Origin: Octopus sinensis
Lineage: Eukaryota
NCBI RefSeq assembly: GCF_006345805.1
Contig: NC_043004.1
Span: 1,302,001 to 1,366,000 of the forward strand
Reading direction: 5' to 3'
Length of the DNA: 64,000 nt
A program made the position numbers and the translations under genes. This document shows, piece by piece, positions 12,233-24,402 of the stretch. The notes under the pieces were generated by a model, which saw nothing but the letters and a program-made list of their open reading frames with translations, was not told the origin of the DNA and searched no databases. Position 1 is the first letter of the stretch. Each line of letters opens with the position of its first letter.

Positions 12233-12639
12233 CCATAGTATTTTAGGACACCTGTGCATCTTCCCCATACAAGCACTACCTTCTCCATAAACTTTCTCAT
12301 GATTCCACTGCATCTCTTGTGGGTCCATAGCTTGCACTGAGTACACTGTATGGGATCCTTGCCAACACCATTCCAACATCTCCAGCAGAACCATTTACTT
12401 GAAGTTGTTAGAGTCCTGCCTCTTTTCCAGCTTACTAGAACTTTGGTCCTTGCTAAGTTAACTTCAACAATCTAGCATCTAAACTAGCTATATTTAACCC
12501 CAAAATTCTTCCTGTTTTATGTTCAAACTGGCCAGATCCAGCTTTTTGCACCTACCCTACAAAGTCATTCTAAAAATAGAGAATAATATTATCAAAATCT
12601 CAAACCTGAGACAATACATGGTTAATTCAAAACAATTCT

Positions 12640-12927
12640 AGCATGATCGTTGCAAGTGCCGCCTGACTCGCTCACATGCTGGTGGCATGTAAAAAGCACC
12701 ATTCAAGCGTGGTCAATGCCAGTACCGCCTGACTGGCCCTCGTGCAGCTAGCATGTAAAAAGCACCCACTACACCCTCGGAGTGGTTGGCATTAGGAAGG
12801 ACATCAGCTGTAGAAACATTGCCAGATCGGATTGGAGCCTGGTGCAGCCTTCTGGTTCACCAATCCTCAGTCAAACCATCCAATCCATGCCAGTGTGGAA
12901 AGTGGACATTAAACAGCGATGATGATG
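12640..12927 (+). mobile_element. RTE-type LINE 3' UTR fragment
   Basis: Two tandem subunits plus standard 3' end. Confidence 0.7.
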
Positions 12928-13052
12928 GTGAATGTAAAGAGATAGGCATTACATTTGGCAGAGTAATCTTAATGCTAAAGAATAGCTGAAAATTCTCAAA
13001 GAAATTACTTTCACTTTCACATTTAGTTGAGTAAAATGGTTTTGATACTTAC

Positions 13053-13114
13053 GTAGCTCGGCGTTTGTAATCTTTCTTCTTTTCCAAAAACCCAAGTTTT
13101 TCTCGAGCAGATGG
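13053..13114 (-). CDS. UTP11: UTP11 coding exon 2 (62 nt)
   Basis: tttcag| PSAREKLGFLEKKKDYKRRA + AC |gtaagt; carries the LG.LEKKKDY..RA motif; phases fit exons 1 and 3. Confidence 0.93.
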
Positions 13115-13707
13115 CTGAAAAAGGGAATAAAGACATAAATGTAATATCACTAAGCTACAGATTTGAAGGGAGACATTTAATATTTGTTAGAGTCTAAGAT
13201 TCTTTTTATGAATAAATAAATTTTAAAAAAATCCTGGCAACATTTGATCTCAAGTCATAGACAATCAACTTACCTTTTTCAATGAATTAGTCTAAGAAAG
13301 GAGAATCCAATGTGATGGTGCAACACCAGCTTAAAGGACAGCAAGTTGTTTTGTAATTCAAACAGCTAATTCCCAACAAGCCCTTAACTTGTGGATCCTT
13401 TTGGATGTTGAGCACATATGATTGTAGGTGAATGCTACATCATGGCAAGTGAGATACATCAGCTCACAGGGGGAACACTGTATCCAACTGGTAATTGATT
13501 TATAGATTCCAGAAATAAGAAAAGCATGACTGATCTCATCAAAAAGACACACAATAACAAAAGATATTTTGCCCAGTGTTGAAATGATTGTCAATCCATC
13601 ACTTTATATAACCTTAGTGCTGCATTCTGATCACATGAACGACACTTTTTAATCGGTGGTTCATTTCCCCTGGTTGTAAGTAGGCACCACCTACAACTCA
13701 TTATAGC

Positions 13708-13966
13708 AATGGTTCTTAATCATGGTCCATTTAAGATTTTGCTGTTAACATTTATGAACCTTGTTGAGTGTAAGCAAAGTATTACCAAAATTTATTGGTC
13801 ATACGTCTACAATACGCAAAATATTTTAACATTTTTTAATACAATTTCTAATTAAATTCAATTTATAAACAAACAGGATTTTTTAAACATTGAATGGTTG
13901 TGAGGGTCCACCCTAGTAAAATAGACATCAAAGGGGTCCATAGGCAACAAATGGTTGAGAATCCCT
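13708..13966. mobile_element. hAT (Charlie-like) MITE
   Basis: Termini caatggttcttaa ... ttgagaatccctg resemble CAGTGGTTCTCAA TIRs; internal ggggtcca motifs. Confidence 0.5.
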
Positions 13967-14325
13967 GTCTTCTAGTCTGATGTATGAGTATAGCAAAACT
14001 GATGAATGCTTGTTAAGATGTGAAGATGCGAATAACTGAGGTGGTAAGTCAATGGTTTTTGTAATGTTACTGTATTGAGTCTAGAATCAAGGGGTTTACT
14101 ACTTAAAAACTCTTGTTTAATTAGCTCAAAGTATATTCAAGATAGTATGTACAAGATATTGTAGATAACATAGAGGGGGTACAGCTCACAGCTGCAAGCA
14201 GAGGCAGCATTGGACGGAGTGGTTTACAATGTTGAGTTCAGTTCTTTCAGTGGGAGATGTGCTTTGTCATAGTCTAAGATTTTGTTTTGAGGAAATTACA
14301 TTCTTTTATCTATTTAAAACAAATG

Positions 14326-14566
14326 AAAGCACGTAAAAACACCAACCGATCGTGGACGTTTGCCAGCCTCCTCTGGCCTCTGAGCTGGTGGCACGGAAAA
14401 AACACCCACTACACTCACAGAGTGGTTGGCATTAGGAAGGGCATCCAGCTGTAAAAACCATACCAGAACAGACTGGAGCCTGGTGCAGCCACCATGGCTT
14501 ACCAGACCCCGGTCAAACCGTCCAACCCGTGCTAGCATGGAAAACGGACGTTAAATGATGATGATG
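14326..14566 (+). mobile_element. RTE-type LINE 3' UTR fragment
   Basis: Same family, (GAT)n tail. Confidence 0.75.
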
Positions 14567-14796
14567 AAACAGGAGCTGAGCAACAATCTGATGGAAGCTT
14601 ATTTGGAAAGGATTATCTAATTAGTTCAGTTATTTGCAGTGCTCAGTCCCATGAGTAGAGTTTGGACATGGATGGCTTTGCCCAGGTGCAATACATGAAG
14701 ATGAAGTGATTGTCGGTCTCACCTTGACTACAGGCTAGTGAAAACAGCACAAGGTTAATACAGTTGATAAGATAAATATTTAGGGGTCCTTTTGAG

Positions 14797-15088
14797 TGTT
14801 GGGCCTCACGGAGGCAGTGACTAAGACCATTGGCATTATGTCGTGCTTGAGAAGATGACCCATTAAGCTGGGCAAAATCAGTCATGGCAGATACCAGCGT
14901 TATGCAAATGGGACATAAAAGCACCCATTAGACTCTCGGAGTGGTTGGCATTAGGAAGGGCATCCAGCCATAGAGAACCATGCCAAATCAGACTGGATCC
15001 TGGCACAGCCTTCCAGTATGCCAGCCCAGTCAAACTATCCAACCCATGCCAGCATGGACAACAGACCTTAAATGATGATGATGATGAT
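14797..15088 (+). mobile_element. RTE-type LINE 3' end incl. ORF C-terminus
   Basis: LGLTEAVT...W.YVVLEK-like end followed by 3' UTR and (GAT)n. Confidence 0.7.
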
Positions 15089-15383
15089 AACTCAGGCTGA
15101 TGTTTTGTACATTTGTGTAAAGTGGTTATCACCAGCAATTACAAAAGTGGTTGTCGTTAAGAACTGCATCCAGGGACAGAGAACTAATCTAAGAATACAA
15201 TGTACAGATGAAAGGTAGTCCTCTGACCCATCTAAGACGGCAACAAAGACGACCAAGTAAGAACTAACTTGGACTGCAATGACCAGTTCAACTCATGCCA
15301 GCATGTAAAGTGAATATACAATTATGATGATGCAACACTATTACCTCTAAAATATATGTGCAAGCTCACACACACACATCGTT

Positions 15384-15678
15384 CATCATCATCATCATTG
15401 TTTAATGTCCGCTTTCCATGCTAGCATGGGTTGGATGATTTGATTGAGGACTGGCGAACCAGATGGCTGCACCAGGCTCCAATCTTGATCAGGCAGAGTT
15501 TCTACAGCTGAATGCCCTTCCAAATGCCAACCACTCCAAGAGTGTAGTGGGTGCTTTTACGTGCCATCAGCATGTGGGCCAGTCAGGCGGTTCTGGCAAT
15601 GGCCACGCTCAAGTGGTGTTTTTTACATGCCACCTGCACAGGAGCCAGTCTAGCGGCACTGGCAACGACCTCGCTCAA
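15384..15678 (-). mobile_element. RTE-type LINE 3' UTR fragment
   Basis: Same family. Confidence 0.75.
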
Positions 15679-16099
15679 ATAATACTATAGAAACAAAATT
15701 AATGTGTGCACAAATGGTTAGTTGCTTAAAATAATATTTTTATCAGAGGAAAATAAAATTGCCCATTCCAGCCAAGACTATTTCATCTCTTTTTAAGATA
15801 TTGAGTACTCACAACAATATAATCCAATGCATTCTTCATTAAAATAGTAGGGTGTGGTTTGAGATTGATTTGGCTGCTTCTTTTAACTGTCAGCAAATAA
15901 GCTCAGAACAAACATCTGCAAGTAGATGCTGGCTATCTTATTGGCTTGTATTAGTTCCTGTCCCCAGAATCTAAACCTAAGTGAAAGCTCGGAATCCACT
16001 GCAGAGATCCATAAATCAAAGGGTCAGTAGAAACTTCACATCTTTATCTTCACCCAAAATTAAGTGGACCTTTTCTTCTTTTAATGTTTTGCATTAAAT

Positions 16100-16720
16100 T
16101 TCAGACAGTGTAAGCAACATCAAGTAGGTAGATGGACAGGTAAGTAAATGAGAAGTAGACTATTGTGGGCCTCACTTGAGCCTTGTTGAGCTGGGGCTGA
16201 AGTATTTTCTGGCCCCTGCAGTTTAATAACAAATTTCCATGTTGGCATAGGCTGGATGGTTCCATCATCACATACAGCAACAGTGTGATCTGATAGGAAG
16301 CTACCAATGCAAGGGACGAAAGACATGTGAAGCTCACAGGCAGGAAGCTTTGCTATGAGATTTGCAAACCACACACGGTCAAAGACTTTGCTGATGTCTC
16401 GGACAACACTGCTTTCACTTAACATCTCTATGGTGAGAGATTTGAGAGTACAGATCCCCTGTGAATCTGGTTTGACAGAAGATATACAGGTAGTCAAGTG
16501 AGGAGATAAAGCTGTTGGAAAACCTTGTTAATGATGTTAGAGATGTCAGAAGTAAGAATAGAATAAAAGAATGAAAGCCAGATGGGGCAAGAGATGTGAG
16601 GTGTTGCCTTTCTTTGGAATAGGACACAGTAAAACATGCTTCCAAATTATCTGGGTAAATTTCTGTAGAGAATACGAAATTAAAATGTTTAGTGAGTGGA
16701 GGAGCAAGTTCTGGGGTGAA
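16100..16720 (-). mobile_element. CR1/Jockey-group RT relic
   Basis: DISKVFDRVW..LIAKL, SFLSD...V..DG motifs. Confidence 0.65.
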
Positions 16721-17598
16721 ATATTGAGTGATATTGTCAGGTCTGGTGACCTTTTTTAATGCATGCCCTCAGTTACAGATCTATAACCTGTAGGGCCTTT
16801 ATAAATATTCATATCAGTTACATTCAACAGATGTTCAGTCCAATGATTTCAGGTGTTCTGAGAGTTGTGATGTTTATTGCTTTTTTGTCTAATCAATCCG
16901 GAACCCATCTGGGACAAATTAGTCCAGATAACGTTATTTACAGCTTTGGCTAAGTCCTCAATTATAGGACAAAGGTATGATGGAGTAACCACCCAAATAT
17001 ATAACGGGTCCTTATTCTATCGCATCTCAAGAGCGTTGTACGGCCTGGATTTATTTCTGCGCTTTACCAAATGAAAATACATAAAGTTAAGTTGAAAACT
17101 ATTGGTTTCTAACATAGTTACAACTCTACACAAGTTAAGAAAGAAGGGTACAGTTGATTAAAATGACCGCTAACAGTTTTTATTTTATCGATCTGGAAAG
17201 TAGGAAAGGCAAAGTTTACATCGGCAGGGTTTGAACTCAGAACGTAAATGGCCAAAACTAAATACCACTAAGAATTTTAATCAATATTTTACCAGTCTAT
17301 ATATTAACAGATACAGTTAATTAAAAAAAAAAGAAGTTTTCTTCGATCTTAGCAAACTGGTTCTCACTAATTTTAGTCGATGTTTTTACAACTAAGGGAC
17401 ATCACAAAGGCTTAGAAAACTTGGCTCTTGATTAATTATAATGCTACGAAGAGTAATTTTATTCATAAATAAATAATAAATACAAAAATAAACCCCATAA
17501 ATAGTGTTCGTTGCTAAAACAGCTGAGATTTAGAGAGAAAGGAGAAACGTCCGGGGCAAGCACGTGTTTAGAGACGATTAATTCGAAATAAAACATAC

Positions 17599-17658
17599 CT
17601 GACTACGTTCCTTATGCATTTTCTGTCCACTTTTCCGAGCGTTTTTAAACGACGACAT
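17599..17658 (-). CDS. UTP11: UTP11 (U3 snoRNA-associated protein 11) coding exon 1
   Basis: Minus strand ATG at 17658 gives MSSFKNARKSGQKMHKERSQ, then donor gtatg; matches the UTP11 N-terminus (..H.ERSQP). Confidence 0.93.
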
Positions 17659-17900
17659 GGCTGTAAATAATTAGTAATGTTTTGTGCGATTATTAATTAA
17701 GATGAAAATTATTTAATTACAAAACATTGACGACGCACAACGTGAATGTTTACAAGACGGGGAAGTGAAGAGCGTATATAAGGGAAGTAACTCTAACTGA
17801 TTAACTTCTGAATTCCAATCAGAGGAAAAGTCAGAGCTAAGAAAGCAGACCTGGAGAGGCCGTTTCAAACTTGGCAAACAATTTTTCAAATTAAATTAAA
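17659..17900. promoter_or_regulatory. UTP11 5' UTR / proximal promoter
   Basis: Unique, CpG-retaining sequence directly upstream of the ATG; GGAAGT (ETS-like) sites near 17761 and 17783, TATATAAG near 17776 on the + strand. TSS cannot be located. Confidence 0.5.
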
Positions 17901-18244
17901 ATTCTAAGACAAATTAAAATTTTTTAAAAATAAAACTGAAAGTTGTTTTCATTAAGTATTAAATTTATTGTGAATTTTTTTTTTATATCTTGTATTGTAT
18001 TCAAATTTTAATTAGAGCTTTAATCATTTATATTTCAGTTCCTTTCAATTCTGGCTTTTGAACACATCTCCTTTATCAATTTCGAATTTCAAGCATACAT
18101 CAATAAAAAAAAAATAATAAACGGGTAAAATTGAAGTGAAATTTGCATATTTATAGAGCCACAGTTGGCTGAAATGATAAGATACCTGACTGCTAACCAA
18201 AGGGTCGACAGTTTGTATCCGGTCACCGACACTGCTCTCTTTTA

Positions 18245-18645
18245 CACTCTTTTACTTGTTTCAGTCATTTGACTGCGGCCATGCTGGAGCACCGCCTTTA
18301 GTCGAGCAATCGACCCTAGGACCTATTCTTTGGAAGCTTAGTACTTATTCTATCGGTCTATTTTGCCGAACCACTAAGTTACGGGGACGTAAACACACCA
18401 CCATCGGTTGTCAAGCGATGTTGGGGAGACAAACACAGATACAAATATATACACACACATACGCATACATATATACATATATATGACGGGATTCTTTCAT
18501 TTTCCACCTACCAAGTCCACTCACAAGGCTTTGGTCGACCTGAGGCTATAGTAGAAGACACTTGACCTAGGTGCCATGCAGTGGGAATGAACTCGGAACC
18601 ATGGTTGGTAACCAAGCTACTTACCACACAGCCACTCCTGCGCCT
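18245..18645 (-). mobile_element. tRNA-derived CORE-like SINE, near full length
   Basis: Reverse copy of the 11672 family with head ggcgcaggagtggctgtgtggtaag. Confidence 0.85.
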
Positions 18646-18829
18646 ACGTTGAAGAAAAAGAAACAACTCTTTCGGCCATAAATAGGTCGCATTAATAGAT
18701 GCAGTTTACCGCTGCAAGTTGCTGAACATTGTGAGAGAAGTTTTAGCAAGAAGGGTTTTCGTGAGATCGTTTTTCCCAAGTATATTATAAACTATTCATA
18801 AACGACGGATACATATTTCCATTCAAAAC

Positions 18830-19050
18830 GTTGGTTTCAAAGTTTTGGTATAAGGGTGGTGGTGGTGGTAGGGGTGGGGTGTAAGTTGATTGATTACATT
18901 GACCCCAATGCTCCACTGGTACTTATGTTATCGCCCTCGAAAGGCGAAGAGGACTTCGATGGAATTCGAACTCAAAACGTAAAGGTGGACGAAATGCTGC
19001 TTTGCGTTTTGCCTGGCGTGCCAATGGATTCTATCTGCTCGCTGCCTTTT
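18830..19050 (-). mobile_element. Old copy of the tRNA-SINE family seen at 30964 (similar relics ~17100-17290 -, 21640-21790 +, 56688-56900 -)
   Basis: gattacattgacccc..ctggtactt..gaattcgaactcaaaacgt..gacgaaatgc. Confidence 0.6.
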
Positions 19051-19639
19051 CCAGATTAAATATCACCCCCGTAGCGTTGAGAAACTTGATTTATATTCAA
19101 GGAGCAGCATTTAAGAATAAATGTCGCACATTTATTTCTCAAGGGAGTGGGGAATCGCACAAGCCTTCGACTATTAGATTGTGTTATTAAGTAGACCCCA
19201 TTAGGAAGGGTTTGTCTGCTTGACCCGTTTATATTTTACCCGTTTATCTCAAATGTTGGAAAATAACTTCTTTTTTTCTTATTCTTTTCATATCCAATGT
19301 AGGAGAGTACCAATGGTTGAGTAGACAGTATAACAAATAATCAACCGAAAATTAAATAGTCGTATCTTGCTATTAGCACTGGGATGGTTGTTCTTTTGAA
19401 CCCCCTTTCATATTGTAGTTTTGGTGGCGTGACTAAGACCACCAAATTTGCAATAAGAAAGGGGTTCAAAAGAACAACCACATCGCATCGTCCGTTAACA
19501 GAGATACGGTCGTATTTTATGTGGAGATATCAGTTCGAAAAATATATTGCAGTCTCTACCTAATTAGCAAAGCCAGCAAATAAGCCTCCGACTTGTGGGA
19601 AGGCGTGACGTGAGAGCATGAAGGATGTGTCACCCAGAA

Positions 19640-20700
19640 CCCTGAAGCAGGTCCATGAGATAACAACCGTTTGGATTGGGAATTGGAAGGTCACAACCCT
19701 TATGGATAAATAGCAGGAACAAGTCGAGGAAGCCAAGTACTACAGATTAGATATTCTCAGTGTCTCCTCTACCGGGCCGGCTTAAGGTACCGGCAACTCG
19801 GGCCAGTCGCCTGGGGCGCCATGTGTTAGCAGGTGCCAAGGAGGGCGTGACGACGACAAGGAAATTTCCAGGACCGTCAACTTCTACACGCCAAAGTTCA
19901 GCTTGCTCGAGGCGCCAGCAACTCTAGGGCCAGCCCTGCCCCCTACAATGTTCAGCGGCTCTGATACTGTAGATATGAAGCTGATATAGAAACTCCTATC
20001 TTCAGATGTAGTGTCAATTATGTCATACAGGCGGGAGTGGGGAATCGCACAACCCTTCGACTATTAGATTGTGCTATTTAGTAGACCCCATTAGGAAGGG
20101 GTTGTCTGCTTGACCCTAGGCTGAAGAAAGTAGCGCTTGGGCTACTGCAAGTAGCGAATCAAATACCAATCACAAAAAGCGAGATCAAATACCAATCCTT
20201 TGACGAGGTCACTGGAAGTTTAGATGTAGTTATAACTGCCTCATTTGTCCTACAAGGAGATTTCTCTGAGCATGTTGGTATCGATCACCGGACTTGGAAA
20301 GGATTGATTGGGAGGAATGGTGAACCTGGACTCAATACCAACGGAAAGACTTTATTAGATCTCTGTACAGAAAATGGGCTCTCCATTATGAACACATTTT
20401 TTCCAGCATAGAGTATACGTAAGTATACCTGTGACCTCTTTGATTCTGCACTGGATGTTCGCGTAAAGAGAGGGGCGGAACTATCAACTGGTCACCACTT
20501 AATTGTATGCAACCTGAGACTATCTACGATAGGGAGAACTCAGAAAACTGTTCAGTTCAGTGAGAATTACAGGATAAACTTGGAAATCTTGACAGTCCTT
20601 TTTGCATCCAAAGTCAGAAATCTTCCTGAACAAGCTCAAGATTTCGAAATGGAGCAGAGATTAATTTTTTCGACAGTTTCTTCTTCGGTCGAATAATACT
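19640..20700 (+). mobile_element. RTE LINE APE endonuclease relic
   Basis: LQGDF..HVG.D..TWKGLIGRNG.P.LN.NG..LLDLC..NGLSIMNTFFQH..KYT and LSTGHHL motifs. Confidence 0.8.
19773..19938. mobile_element. hAT-like MITE inserted in the RTE relic
   Basis: Termini c(a)gggccggc / gccagccctg; imperfect 8-bp flanks tcctctac / ccccctac. Confidence 0.55.
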
Positions 20701-21080
20701 GGGTTACACCAGCAATTGTGTTCCTCATGTTAAATACAGTTGGGCGTGGTTTGAGATAATTGGCTGCTATTGAAACAAGGTCAAGCGCCCACATATAAGC
20801 TCTCTCTTAACTTCATGTTTTATCACAATATGGTATATTTATCTATTCTACGTAATAGCATAGCGTTGTAAGATTGACGAGGAATTTGTTATTATCCTTC
20901 AATAAGTGTAAGCTGCAACAGAACTGAATCCTATTCGGATGATCTACCAATCATGTAAATATTTCAAAAGCGCTGGAATGGTTTCATGATTAAGAAGTTC
21001 ACTTTCAATAACGTAACGGCTACTGTAATCCCACTGCTAGCCTAACTTTGAATCAACCCAAGAACTGCGAGTGAAATGTA

Positions 21081-21388
21081 GTTTGTTTGTTCCTTCTCGA
21101 GCCATGCCTGGCTCATAAGGGACGGTTTCCCGGTTTCCTTGGTGTATAGGTTCCCCACCTGGACGAGACACCGGTCCGTCACAGGTGAGCTGCAAGATGC
21201 AGGAGGAAAGAGTGAGACAAATTTGTGGTGAAAGAGTCAGCAGAAGTTTCGCCATTACCTTCTGCTGGAGCTGCGTAGAGCTTAGGTGTTTCGCTCATAA
21301 ACACACACATCGCCCGGTCCTGAGATTCGAACCCGCGATCCCTCGACTGCGAGTCCGCTGCTCTAATCACTAGGCTATGTGCCACCAC
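21081..21388 (-). mobile_element. tRNA-derived SINE with V-domain-like 3' part
   Basis: Head with A/B boxes at 21320-21388; ctgtgacggaccggtgtctcgtccaggtgg resembles the V-SINE domain; (AAAC)n tail; second copy at 26640. Confidence 0.8.
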
Positions 21389-22257
21389 AGTGAAATGGAG
21401 TGAGTGGAAACAATGGGAAAGACGGCTGGATTGAATCCGATCTAGGGAAATGGATCCAACCTGTTGTTCTGTATAACAATATCACCTGACACATTGTGAC
21501 CCTTTTCTTAAGTCCACGCTGTTGTGTGTATGTGTGTATTATATTTGGCTTATAGAAAAGTAACTCCAGTAACTAAATATAGCGTCTGGCTGCTCACTAA
21601 TATCAGGCGACATCAAATACCAGAAAATATCAGACTTAAAGAAGGTAGTTGATTGGTTGATCGATAAATCTCTTGTAATGATTGTACTGGTTCTTTGAAT
21701 TCTGAGTTCAAATTTCATTGAAGTCACCTTTGCCTTTCATCCTTCCAGTGTCGATAACTAATGTGCCAGTCAAGTCCTGGGTTCGATTCTGTTCTATTCT
21801 GTTCATATTTTAGAATAGACTACACAGTGAGAGGACCATGGGAAATCATTCACAATGACCGTCTCCTCAATAAATGAAAAATAGTTGACCGAGGTCCTAG
21901 TATGCTACAAAGTCCACAAAAAGGAGCTCATTGATGGTCAAGGACCGATGTGCGGGACGGCACAGAACGTTTTTTTTACCTTTAACTTGCTTCAGTCATT
22001 AGACTGCGGCCATCTGGGGCACCGCCTTGAGGAATTTTATACGAATAAATCGACACCACTCCTTTTCTTTTCAATCCTCGAATTTATTTCGTCGGGCCGA
22101 AAGAGTTTACAGCTGTGTCTGGAAAATGATGTCAGAATGAAAATGTGATATCATTGTGTATGAGGGTGATTACTTGTTTTATAAAGATCTAGGAAGACTG
22201 AGTGGATCTGCATTCAAAAATATGAGTGACATGACGAACCTTTGTTGTCTTCCAATC

Positions 22258-22491
22258 AGTTTGATTCCAGACAGTGACCTGAATAATAATAATAATAATG
22301 ATAACAATAATAACATCGAAAAATACCTTAGGAATGAGAACCCAGGTTCAAAATTTCCCCAAGACACCTGATGAAGGCTGGAGGGTATATCAGCCGAAAC
22401 GTTGTATTAACAACAAACAAGATGAGGACAAATATCCGTCAAATGTAAATAATGTAAATAATGTACATAATTCCTCATCTCTTAAATATAG
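22258..22491 (+). mobile_element. tRNA-headed hammerhead element, copy 2 (5'-truncated at B box)
   Basis: Colinear with 78-285: ttgattccagacagtgacct-(AAT)n-catcgaaaaataccttaggaatgagaacccagg...gtcaaatgtaaataatgta, plus a further 3' extension. Confidence 0.8.
22363..22408 (+). ncRNA. Minimal type I hammerhead ribozyme (Penelope type)
   Basis: gacac-CTGATGA(22368-74)-A-GGCTG/CAGCC stem II-GAAA-CGTT-gtatt; palindromic ACGT stem III; predicted GUU cleavage after 22403. Confidence 0.72.
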
Positions 22492-22494
22492 GAC

Positions 22495-24135
22495 TGTACT
22501 ATATTTTAGTATTTACTTCTTCGTTTATCAGACGTCTCAGGTGTGTCATGCTTCAAGTCAGCCAACATTGCTGGGCTCCATTTTCCCTAATACCTGTTTT
22601 CCAGTGACGCTGTATCTTGAGGGAACCTCTCTCCATGTTCACCACTCACATCTTCTGCATTCTCTGGGAATAAGGACAGATGAGAAGGAATAAAATATAT
22701 TTTCAGTGAAATATTACATCCGGAATCATGGTAGCACTTGATTAGGCTTTCCACTATACTCTCTGGCAGGGTCACTTGCTGCTTTCCCAGAAGTCCTTTA
22801 CAAATATCTTTGAATGCATGCCAGGTCGCTAGTTCAGTTTCATCCATTGTCGACTCGAAGTCCTCATCAGCTATAAGTTGACGAATCTGAGGGCCTACGA
22901 ATATACTCTCTTTAATCTCAGTACCACCTATTTTAAGGAAGATCGCCTTGACGTACTGGAAACATGGCCTGCTATGTTGCAGTGTTTTGGTAAACTGCTT
23001 CATTAGGCCTAATTTTATATGCAGTGGTGGCAAAATGATTTTCTCCTTAACTGGTGGCTCATGATTTACATTATGGCATCCAGACACCATAGTTTCCCGT
23101 GGTGGCCATTCTGAGCGTGCATAATGTTCTGGTCTGGCCCTACTGACCCCCTTGTAAAGGAAGCACATAAGCTTAGTGTATCCAGTTTGTAGCCCATTAA
23201 GTAGGGTTACTATTTCAAGCTCTAGCGTAGCATGAATGTGTGCCACCCGGAGCGGCCCTTCCGTTTGCCGTCTCAGATTTCACAAAGAACACATATTGCC
23301 TACAGCAGACCCAAAAGTGCCACCCGGGGTGGATCGCCCGCCCCCCGTTCCGTTAGTGCTTTCAAGTCCGCACAAATTAGTTACTCATGCTCCTCGTAAC
23401 TTATGCGGTCTAGAATAAAAGCAAAGTTTTCATATGTCTCTCTTAAAATGACTGAGTGAGCAACTGGAACTGAAAGCGTGGTGTTCCCAATGTGCAACAG
23501 AACCACTTTTATTCTGTAAAGGGTGCATCTATGAATAACCTCCACTCATTTGGTTCATAGGTCAGCACATAGGCATTGAATAGGTCTCTGATATCATTAC
23601 AATAAAATCATGTTGTTTTCCAAAGTGAAGAATTGCTGTAGATCTGCAGAATGTTTCCTAAATACTGTAATTCGGGCATCTTTATCCAACAGGTTCTATT
23701 GTTGCACTCGTGAGGCCGGGACTTCACTTTGTTGCTTAGTAAGTGTTAGATCACGAACTAGATAATTGAGATCAGGTTGAGTGATGAGGTGTGGTTTCTT
23801 GTCAGATTTACCACAGTTTTGGACCCTTATAACTATAAAAATATTGAGTATACTTTTATAATTTTCACGTGTTAGATTGATAAATACCCAAGGAACATCC
23901 CATTAAAATTATATCAAAATCTGTTCATAACTTTTAGAGTTGTTAGTTTCGGCCCAATCTTGTTTGCACTCAATTCCTACGGAACCGTAAGTGTACTTAT
24001 CGTAAGATGTTAATTTACGAGAAACTGGAGGGTCACAGAAAGAAACGAATGTTATATTCGTGATCTTCATACAAAATGCCTCCAGAAAAAGTTATTCTCA
24101 TTTCCGTTTTTCTTTTTTTTCATTGGTATACAGTG
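22495..24135 (-). mobile_element. Chapaev3-like (CMC) DNA transposon relic
   Basis: PHLITQ.DLN.LVRDL.L.K, ICADLK, GLQ.GYTK, LPPLHIKLGLMKQF, IFVGPQIR, SGEHGERF.QD motifs; CACTG terminus at 24135 next to TAA. Stops and frameshifts present. Confidence 0.7.
23220..23359. mobile_element. 140-bp GC-rich insertion in the transposase
   Basis: Splits CADLK|IVTLL; flanked by duplicated tttcaag (23213-19, 23360-66). Confidence 0.6.
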
Positions 24136-24138
24136 TAA

Positions 24139-24402
24139 TTGTTCGAACATAAAACGTCTTCAGTGACGCACGGTGTCTCGCGTAACGAACACGCAAGCCG
24201 GCAACACTTATCGGAGACAAACTTGGAGTATCAATGGGAGAGTGTCAGTTGCTGTGTAGCTTTTGGTCAGTGCATATCGCTGTTCGAATTCGCTGTGCCT
24301 TCTCTTGATTTTCTAATGGGAAAAATAGTTTCGGTTTACGAATATTTCGAGTGACGAACAGCCTTTAGGAACGAATTTAATTCGTAAACTGAGGTTCCAC
24401 TG
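24139..24402. mobile_element. Tigger/pogo-like MITE end
   Basis: Ends ttcgtaaactgaggttccactg (CAGTGGAACCTC-type TIR) with internal ttacgaa repeats. Confidence 0.45.

Noticed and set aside
22587-23246. 219-aa ORF as a host gene
   Set aside because: Part of a broken transposase; its N-terminus comes from a nested insertion.
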